Source of the DNA: Cyanidioschyzon merolae
Taxonomy: Eukaryota
Strand: one strand, 5' to 3'
NCBI GenBank assembly: GCA_000091205.1
Contig: AP006500.2
Length of the DNA: 64,000 nt
The position numbers and the translations under genes were made by a program. Below are positions 54,129 to 64,000 of the stretch, in pieces. The notes beneath the pieces are model-generated. The model had not been told where the DNA came from and made no database searches. It worked only from the letters and a program-made list of their open reading frames with translations. Position 1 is the stretch's first letter. Each line of letters begins with the position of its first letter.

Positions 54129-54565
54129 ACACTCGCACCGTGATTCCCAAAAGACGCGTACAGATGCTCTTGATCCATCGACTCTGAATCCACCGTGTCG
54201 CAGTTCAACGCTTTCCGGGATATCGAGCAGTATCGTATACGCCTTTATGGAGGCGTGTAGGATCTTTTATAGGATGCTAGAATCACCGTGATTCCCAAAG
54301 ACGCGTACAGATGCTCTTGATCCATCGACTCTGAATCCACCGTGTCGCAGTTCAACGCTTTCCGGGATATCGAGCAGTATCGTATACGCCTTTATGGAGG
54401 CGTGTAGGATCTTTTATAGGATGCTAGAATCACCGTGATTCCCAAAGACGCGTACAGATGCTCTTGATCCATCGACTCTGAATCCACCGTGTCGCAGTTC
54501 AACGCTTTCCGGGATATCGAGCAGTATCGTATACGCCTTTATGGAGGCGTGTAGGATCTTCTAAA
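54129..54565. repeat. ~143-150-bp non-coding tandem repeat, ~3 copies, upstream of threonine synthase
   Basis: Unit caccgtgattcccaaagacgcgtacagatgctcttgatccatcgactctgaatccaccgtgtcgcagttcaacgctttccgggatatcgagcagtatcgtatacgcctttatggaggcgtgtaggatcttttataggatgctagaat. Copies begin at ~54138, 54288 and 54431. Confidence 0.9.
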
Positions 54566-54836
54566 CAACCCTTCAGTACCACCGCCGATCGACGCATCGA
54601 TCATCCGCCCTGTGCAAGTCATCGGCGGGGCAGGCGTCACGGATCGCGCCGCCGGCGAGCGCAGCGGCGCCTCGGACGGCCGTTGCTTCGCCAGCGTCGC
54701 TGCGCACGCTCTCCAGCCACAGGTACCGTTGTTGGAGCCGAACGTTACCTATCACGAACTCCGTCATGTTTGTATTCTGGTGGCCGTCACATTCAAGAAA
54801 TTTTCTTGCCTCACCTGTCAATAATTGTTACAGTGA

Positions 54837-56420
<1,584 letters not shown>

Positions 56421-59400
56421 GGGTGCGCTTCGCTCCAACGAATACAATTCACTGGACGAAATCCTTTTGCTTTCCGCATAAACGCTTGTTCTTGGACGCG
56501 GGACGCATAAATAGATGTAGCTTTGGATGCAATGAACGCGGCGTTCACGCTGCGGTACCGATGGAAACAACACGCAAAGTGAAGCGGGGACTATGCACCC
56601 GCCGTCGAGGGCGCTTCGCAGAATCCGCTGACCATTACCCTCCGCAGAGGTATGCTTCGCAACACGCGCGAGCGTCTCCAAGCAAAGCGCTTCCCGTCAC
56701 GCACCCTGTACCTTGAGGCATATTGGCGGATGTTGCGCACCACGTCACGTGCATGCCGTCGTGCGGCTCGCCGGATTCACACATCTAGGCGCGAATGTCA
56801 AAACAGACGCCTACTGTAGGATAGCGATACTGTGCTACTGAGATGCTGTGTCCGCATCGCTACTTCAGACGCTATGGCGGACGCTGACGGCACACTCGGT
56901 GCACGGTGGACCGTCATCGATGACCATGGCCCCCGAAAGCAAGCACGGGCATTGGCAGCTGAATCACAGGGGTAGGGCGTGGCATGATGAACGCTTTCCC
57001 GGATGCCGATGTACATTGCGCAGTCGGGAATCCCCAGTCAGTGCCGATATCTTGTTGATCCAACACCAATGCATTCCACGCGCCGGTGTTGCAAATTGTC
57101 AGGTATCGAACTTTTCAGAGGATAGATGGACACGGTCTGTGTTGTCGTGCATATTTTCGGTAGTATCGAATCATGGAAGATCATAAATGTTTACGAATTG
57201 TAGAGCTAAATTGTTCCCGGTGCATATATGCAACGCCGCAGCCGGTCAAGGTACCCAAACTGCACCACACCAGTGCCTCTGTCGTGGCAAGAATCCAGCG
57301 CCGCCTCTCCTGAACACTGATTTTTTTCAACGCAAGTCTTTCGCGTTTTAGCACAATGCACGCACAGACTACGAAACGGTTCCATCTAGATTTCGCTCGA
57401 CACAGAGCAGGTGTACACGACCAGGGCTTTAGGCTTTACCGAGTGTTGATCGATGTGCTCAATGCTCAGTCAAGAAAGGCCATGTGCGCATTGTTCATGG
57501 TGCAGAAAGACATACGACGGCGACGCTTCTCGCATTCGATTGCCTAGCCGTCCAAGGCTCCGGCAGCTTACCGGACACCAAGGATTGCATCCAGCTCTCT
57601 TTCTTCTTGTACCATTCTCAGCGGGCACCCATGCTCGTGATGCGAGTACGCCGTCGAGACCGCATCGAGTGCGGGAATCGAGTCAGAACGATTCCCGCAC
57701 TCGATGCACGCTCTCGACCATGGAACAGGCTGGCAGCCGTTGTGCACAAAAACACGTGCAGCGCCATAGACTGCTGCCGAACGACGCGACTTATCGGTCA
57801 TTTGCTTTTCCAATGCATTGATCAAGTGGTCGGATGCACGTTCCTTGTCACCGTGCAGAAAAAAAGAAATCCACGGCGACTCCAGGTGCGGTCCCGTGTG
57901 CTCGTGCCCGAAGTCATCCGCGTGATCCATTCGTGCGCCCAACGACGCTCTGAATGAAGCGTTCTGTGTATCATTCTCTGCTCGATACGGTGCACAGCGC
58001 GTCCAGCTGGGTCCCGGGGCTTACCTTGCCGAGTGGCATGGATGCGGTGGGTGCAGTGCGTATTCCTTTTTTCCATGGGATTCGCACACACGTGAGGTAC
58101 ACCTTGGGACGTAACCTTGCCCTTTCCTATGTATCTAGCTACAGTTCGTTACGTACCTTTTCGTCACCTTGTCTTCCGCAAGCACGCACGCGGACCGAAG
58201 GGCGCGGTGTCGCTCCCTCCCGCTCACCAGCGGAGAAGCAGCAGAGCAGTTCGGTGCGCGGTGAGCCTGGGAACGAATTGTCGAAGAATGGTGACGCGGA
58301 TGCGAACGACTCGTCTATAGATCTGTGAGCATAAGAGTGGCGTTCGAAAACAGACAAAGCGTCATAGACTGGATCGAGTCAGATCGGAGGCCATGCCACA
58401 AAGCGAAGCGCGATGTTGATTACTGCTGCATGCTCCATGACCGCTTTTGAGTGGTAGAAATCGAAGTCATCTAACAGCAGGGCAGACCAATTCGGGAAGT
58501 AGAAGCTACAGAGTGATTTTACGAAGGATGAAGTGTTGAGCGACACTGTCCATTTGGCGATTTGTAGGCGACGAACGACAGAATCGACACTGGGACTGAT
58601 CGTGCCCTCGTATTCGCTTGGTTCTTCTTTATGGAGACCGGGTTGCCGCACTTTGCGAACCCACATCCAGATGTACTACATTTCCTCAATAGTGTAATCG
58701 AGTGAGACTGACTTTGGTCCTTCCTCTTGAAACCTTTCGCGTTTCGGTTCGAAATCGATCGTGTTTTGCCGAATGCACGACGATATCTCGGCGAAGCGTT
58801 CTCCTTGCCTTGTCCAAGCGTGTCTCCTCATCATCGTACGTAATTACGGTACAGAAACTTCATGACCTGTCGCTTCTTAAGTACTATTTCTTTGAGCGGG
58901 TATCAAATGCAACGAATTCACTATGAGACAGTGATTGATGCAGAGTTTGGGTAGCACTATGTTGTTTGCATGTCGCTCAAGATACGGACTACGAGAAAGG
59001 CGGTTCATCCACCTGCCGTCCGTAAAATGACTGACTTGGACAATAAAGTTCCTCTTTCGCAGTGAACCACCGACAGCGTAAATAGTTTCCGCCAGCTTTC
59101 TCCAATCTACACGGTACATTCCTGCCAAAGAATATCCACGATGAAAACAACCAAATACGAAAACGACATGCCCGTGAACTTGTTCCGGAATGCACTGCTC
59201 TGTGTGTAACGCTGCGGGCGACGATGTGCATCCATGGCGAGGCTGCGGTGGTATCCGCAGTGTGAAGACCGCCACGAATAACACCGCAAGTTGCTCGTAT
59301 TCCATTAGATTCGCATCCTCAATGGACGCCCGCCCAGTTGAAAGCGCATACACCAATGCACAACCATGCATATGAAATGAGACTCGCAAGTGCAGCAAGC

Positions 59401-60067
59401 ACCTCTTTCGAATAGATTGCCCATCAACTCCAGACGGTGTCGCGAAACACCGATTCCGGGATCGTACCGAACAATTCCACCAAGTGCCGTCACGATATGG
59501 TGCCGTTTTGGAGCGCCAAGTACGCTCAACACATATCGGATGTGGTGGTGCACTCGCCGCAGACGTTCGCACGCTGCATCCGCAGCACCATTCCATGCGC
59601 GATGCAACGCCTCCTGCCTCGCCATACACTGCAGCCAGATGCCCAGAAGCCCGTAGGCTTCACACAACGTCTCTGGTGCACGTTCTCGGGTCGTGAGCGT
59701 TCCAGGACAACCTGGAATTCCATCACTGCAAAACAAAATTGGCAATAACGGTATCGCTGCTCGGGTTGTTGTTCAGATATCGGCTCTAGCGGCGCCGTCG
59801 GCAGGCGATTCAGGGAGTGCCTCGGCGGCAATGGGGGCCACCAGCGTCGCGCCTCAGCCCGCCGCCGCGCTGCCGTTACACCAGCACACACACACCTGCC
59901 TCGCTGTGGACAGCGCCAGCTTCGGTGCTGTCTCCGGCACGGCAGCCGCGGCACGCAACATAGCGCGCGCGTACCGCCTACCTGCTGGACGTTCCCGGGG
60001 GCGGGGATTCTTCGCACCTCTTCGTGCGGCTAGTCGTACGAGAACTCCAGAACCTGTTCTACGGAAC

Positions 60068-60733
60068 ATGGGCGGATCACTTTCTGGAATGCAGAAAATA
60101 GACCGAAAGGTCTTCGATATGCGGTTGACAGCAAAGAGGCTTGGTCGTCTTGCAGTCAAGCACCAACGTCTCGCTGAACAGGAAAAGGAACGGACGCGGA
60201 AAGCGCTTTCGAGCGGAAACCTGGAAGCGGCACGCACGCACGCCGAATCATCTATCCGCAACAACAAACAATCCAACGCATACTTAAAACTACAAGCTCG
60301 GATGGACGCTGTTGCGGCACGAATAGAGTCGAGTCAGAACTTGCGTCTCGCCACGGGGAATATCACGGCGGTGTCGACGCACCTGAGTCGAGCTGTAGAG
60401 CGAATGGACTTGGAAGAAATCGCGAGCCGTTTAGCGCAGTTCGAGCGCATTATGGAGGATATGGACGTGCGTTCCACATATGTGGACGAGACCATGCGTA
60501 CTGTGGCCGACGTCGGGGCGCCACGCGAAGAGGTGGACCGCTTGATTCAGAGAGTCGCCGATGAGTACGGTCTCGAGCTTGCCGATGCTTTGGCTTCACC
60601 AGGGTTGACTGCGCTCGATGCCACACGTGTTCGGCGAGCAGACGAAGAGCGCCGGAGGCAACGTCGTCTAGACGAGGAAGAGCGCGCACGACTAGAGGCA
60701 CGGTTCGCGAAGCTATCTGCGCCGGCACCCTGA
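60068..60733 (+). CDS. CHMP1: ESCRT-III subunit CHMP1/Did2 (Snf7 family)
   Basis: ATG at 60068 (or at 60089). MQKIDRKVFDMRLTAKRLGRLAVKHQRLAEQEKERTRKALSSGNLEAARTHAESSIRNNKQSNAYLKLQARMDAVAARIES aligns closely with human CHMP1 ([39 protein letters not shown]). The C-terminal part is acidic and helical. The track ORF extends upstream from 59693 without homology. Confidence 0.85.
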   Translation: MGGSLSGMQKIDRKVFDMRLTAKRLGRLAVKHQRLAEQEKERTRKALSSGNLEAARTHAESSIRNNKQSNAYLKLQARMDAVAARIESSQNLRLATGNITAVSTHLSRAVERMDLEEIASRLAQFERIMEDMDVRSTYVDETMRTVADVGAPREEVDRLIQRVADEYGLELADALASPGLTALDATRVRRADEERRRQRRLDEEERARLEARFAKLSAPAP

Positions 60734-60800
60734 TGTCGCCATCGCAACACCATGCACGGGAGATGTGCTGGTTATGCAATGCTCCGCGAATACATGGGCA

Positions 60801-60820
60801 GTGTGTGTGTGTGTGTATGT
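60801..60820. repeat. (GT)n microsatellite
   Basis: gtgtgtgtgtgtgtgtatgt. Confidence 0.9.
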
Positions 60821-61483
60821 CAACACCTAGTCATTCGTGTTCTCTGAATAAACCATCAGTGCCGCAGCGACTGCAGAGCGAAGAAGCTGAACGGCAGCAC
60901 AAAGCAAGATGGATTGGCGTTGACGCAACAGCTCCGCGTACGTGGAGTGTGCCTGACAACTAGCGCCCAGAGATACCGCATCTATGGAAAATGTTGAGCG
61001 AACACTTCCTACCAATACCTATCAACTGATTCTGTCCAGTTCGAATAGATCGGCCTCGTCGTGCCGCGCTGTGTATTCGTCATGAAACTGAATAAAATGC
61101 GTTTCAATTGGAGACGACATTTGATATCCCATCGCTTCTGCCAAGCGTCAAGCAAAGGGTTTTCCGCATGGCGCGTGCAAATCGTTGGAAACCCTGACCT
61201 CAAACCATTCTGATCGCGCTCGCTCATGCCGGTGACAAGCGTTTCAGCGTGCATTACATATTCGTCAAGACGCACGCGATCTGTTGCTGCGACTCGTTGC
61301 TGCTGACCAGCGCACCTATGCAAGCATCTACTCGATGCGTTCGCTCGGCAGGTTCCGCAACCCACAACGTTAACCGTCACCTCCGTGCCGTCCGCCAAAC
61401 AGACGATGGCGCAGGACCTTGCTCGTGCTCTTGCAGCGAGCTGGTCACCCGAGCAAACATACCGATGCGGGGAGTACCGGTGC

Positions 61484-62620
61484 TCAAATCTCCCGCTGTT
61501 GCTGGTCGAAAGAGAGCGCACCAGGCCCTTCGAAGACGAGCATGAGCACCCCCGCCATGATGCTGATCGTCTGTACGAATTCATACTGTTTGACATCTCG
61601 CGCATACTGACCAAAAGGTGAACGATCATTGACCTTCCAGAAAGCCGACATCAGCAGATTGTGTGCCGCATAAAACGCAATCAGAATGGACCCGCTGATG
61701 CGTGTCCGGTACCCAGCCAAAACCGCAACCATGACCGGTACTGCAAGCAGCGTTCCTAAAAATCCCAAGGACGATAGAAAATCGATGGGTAACAGCACCA
61801 GCATGATGCGTGCAGTCAGTTGCATGTATTCGAAAACTTTCTGGGAGCTCAGCAAGGCGGATCCTGAAGCGGTACCACTGCTAGCTGGGCGGCTGAATCC
61901 GCCCAGAAGTCCACCGGGAAGTGCGCTGAGGCCTTTTTTAATACGTGCATTCGCCGCAACCATGAGGAACGAGCCAGCCAGGCAAATATTCCGAACCAGA
62001 AACGACACGTTGCCCCCAGTTGCCGGAGCGTCCCTGCCGTACAATGCCTGTTGCACGAGGATATGGACGATGAGCACGTATGACGCTCGCTCCTGCAGTG
62101 AGAGCAAGGCCCGATCGCGCTGGAAAGCTTTCCCAGTGGTGCGTGCCCGCCCTGCTGCGATAATGGCCAGCGACGCCGACACCGAGAGGCACACCATACC
62201 CAGTAGGAAGAGGGTGCCGGCCCAAACGGGGACCCCGTAAAAGTGCCGCAGAAAGCGCGCTTGGCCACCAAGATCTGAAAGCACCCGCAAAGCGTCCTCC
62301 AAAAACGTAGCAACCAAGAGCACGCGAGTAATCATGGAAATGCTACCTTTCCCGATTCGCCCCGAGCGACCGAAGTGCGTCGACAGGTTTTGGACGGCAG
62401 CGGCAGCAGCGCCTCGTAGTGGCGAGCCACTGGTAGCGCTGGTTACCGGACCGGCAGCACCAGTCCAGCCAGGCCCCGAACTCGATTGCACAGGACTTGG
62501 TCCAACAGCCGCGTCTCCAGCGTACATAGGCTGTTGTTCCGCACTTGGAACAGCGCCGTGCGGCGCTCCGTAGCGCGGACCTCCATAAACGCCCCCCTGG
62601 GTGGGATAAATGCCTTCCAT
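61484..62620 (-). CDS. SURF4: SURF4/Erv29 cargo-receptor homolog with an extra Gly/Pro/Tyr-rich N-terminal extension
   Basis: The first ATG is at 62620 (the track start 62653 is TTG). The core VATFLEDALRVL...YMQLTARIMLVLL...YEFVQTISIMAGVLMLVFEGPGALSFDQQQREI matches human SURF4 (ISTFLEDGIRMW...YMQLGGRVLLVLMF...[33 protein letters not shown]). About 90 residues of G/P/Y/A-rich sequence precede the core. Confidence 0.8.
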   Translation of the reverse strand: MEGIYPTQGGVYGGPRYGAPHGAVPSAEQQPMYAGDAAVGPSPVQSSSGPGWTGAAGPVTSATSGSPLRGAAAAAVQNLSTHFGRSGRIGKGSISMITRVLLVATFLEDALRVLSDLGGQARFLRHFYGVPVWAGTLFLLGMVCLSVSASLAIIAAGRARTTGKAFQRDRALLSLQERASYVLIVHILVQQALYGRDAPATGGNVSFLVRNICLAGSFLMVAANARIKKGLSALPGGLLGGFSRPASSGTASGSALLSSQKVFEYMQLTARIMLVLLPIDFLSSLGFLGTLLAVPVMVAVLAGYRTRISGSILIAFYAAHNLLMSAFWKVNDRSPFGQYARDVKQYEFVQTISIMAGVLMLVFEGPGALSFDQQQREI

Positions 62621-62879
62621 GTCGCAGCTCACGTTTCTGAGAAACCGGTACAACCTTTGAGGCGACGGGAAACTATTCTCGAGTCCAAAGTGCGAACAGA
62701 GGTCGTCGACTCGCCGAACAGATCGTGTTGCAGAAAAAGGTCACCGTGCGCCGAGAACAAACGCCTTTCAAAAGAGAAACGTTGTCGTCGCCAGCGGTGT
62801 AATGGCGGCGAACAGCGTCCTAGACAAAACGTCTCCATCTGACGTGCAGACGCCTCCCAGTTTTTTTCCATTGACAAAG

Positions 62880-63160
62880 CGTTTACTTAGGCCAGCGTTC
62901 TCCAATTGTACGCTTTTTCTTCTCTTACTTTTTTTGTGTTATTTTCAGTACCCTGTAAAGGATCCATCAATCCCCTGCTCCCAAGTTACATTACCTATAC
63001 GTCTTCTCGGATATTCTGGTCGTTTCATACGTCCTATCGTGTGTGCCTAGTGCCTGCCTTTCCGTATCCGCCTTTGCACCTTAACCGCTGGAGTAGATAC
63101 TTCATAGAGTTAGACCAGCTTTTCTATATCACAGAGGGCATCGGCTCGAGGCGTGGTTCA
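62880..63160. repeat. Family-4 dispersed repeat, copy 2
   Basis: Matches 5610..5900 in the same orientation. Confidence 0.5.
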
Positions 63161-64000
63161 CCCGACGTAGAATCGGATCTCGTCTTCAGTTTGTGCTTGG
63201 ACAGTCTGCGGATGCAGGCTTGCCTTCGCTGCACGACACGCTGGAGACACTTGGCTGTTAGGATATATCCTGGGAGCCGCCCCTCCACTTCGTGATCATG
63301 CATCGAATGCGTTGTTGTCGGTTGGCTATGCGGGTTTGTGCTTGACACCCACCACAGTGGGTAAGCGCAGAAAGCGCAATGTGCCCGTGTGCGTATCCGA
63401 TTCGCTGGACCTTCCGACTAGAAGTTCGATTTAGATGCACCCTCCACGGGGTGTGTGAACGCACACGCCACCATTGCCTCCTGCATTCCAGTCGTTCATT
63501 GCGTATCTGCCACAGCGCTAGCATAGAATCAAAAGTACATTAGTCAAGGTCGATTCGAATGCGACCTTTATCTTGCCGGACGCGTGAAGCCACCCTAAAC
63601 CACAGGGGAAACTCTACGAACCACCCTTTCAGCGGCTTCGTATCCGCTCCCCAAATACATAGGCGGGCAAGTCGCTTATTCCAGCTTCGACGGCGAACAT
63701 ACTGCCAGCCGTCTTCCAAAGTATCCGCCGAGATTGTTTCCAAAGTTTAGGTAGGTACCCAAGGTAGAAGGTAAAACGGAGCCCGAGTTCGAGGATTGAA
63801 CCAGGATTTGCGCCGGAGCCTGCAGCGTTGATTCGGGAGGGGCGGATAACTGCTCAGAATTTTCGTCAGCTTTTTCTGCTGCTGCTGCCTCCGCCCCTCC
63901 GTTCGTTGCGGTCAAGGTCCCTGGCGTGGGCTTCCTTCGCCGTCGCCCAAGCACCCCGCGTTCGCCCACTTTCAGAGCTTCTCCGGAAAAACTAGACCTC

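Noticed and set aside
54129-54565. Considered whether the tandem repeats (here, 20082-20381, 23035-23375, 25916-27088) could be CRISPR arrays.
   Set aside because: The locus is eukaryotic. The units are contiguous without unique spacers. Three of the four are in-frame coding or ex-coding sequence. No cas genes are present; the RuvC-like relics are TnpB/Fanzor-type, not Cas12 with adaptation genes.
63541-63566. Perfect hairpin aaggtcg-attcgaat-g-cgacctt
   Set aside because: Isolated short palindrome with no neighbouring gene end that would make it a terminator. It is not repeated elsewhere in the window and could easily be a chance occurrence.

Overview
This is a GC-rich (~57%), gene-dense and apparently intron-poor nuclear window from a eukaryote. 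It carries clearly eukaryotic housekeeping genes: IscU, ESCRT-III CHMP1/Did2, SURF4/Erv29, RFT1, PSMD9/Nas2, Blm10/PA200, threonine synthase and a mitochondrial IMP-type signal peptidase. Genes sit on both strands with short intergenic spacers. Taken together with the high GC3, this fits a stramenopile/oomycete-like genome, but that is a low-confidence guess from sequence alone. The ORF track uses GTG/TTG starts; for the identifiable genes I re-anchored starts to the first in-frame ATG where I could.

A housekeeping gene set is interleaved with a repeat-rich accessory region:

1. Four paralogous genes encode a secreted, cysteine-module, Gln/Lys/Tyr-rich repeat protein (7052-7735-, 10162-11073-, 25214-27091+, 28204-29133+). 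I do not recognise this family.
2. A ~5.3-kb module is present twice in direct orientation (18808-24185 and 36726-41915), roughly 98-99% identical.
3. Each module holds two degenerate TnpB/Fanzor-like RuvC nuclease pseudogenes (the OMEGA / IS200-605 OrfB family). They belong to two different lineages, are arranged tail-to-tail, and bracket an apparently intact IMP-type S26 peptidase gene.
4. Further Fanzor-like relics lie at 29850-30420 and 8250-9100.
5. There are several coding tandem-repeat expansions and at least three more dispersed repeat families. One of these (4085-4275 / 12765-12955) shows compensatory base changes consistent with a structured RNA.

No rRNA, convincing tRNA or CRISPR array was found.
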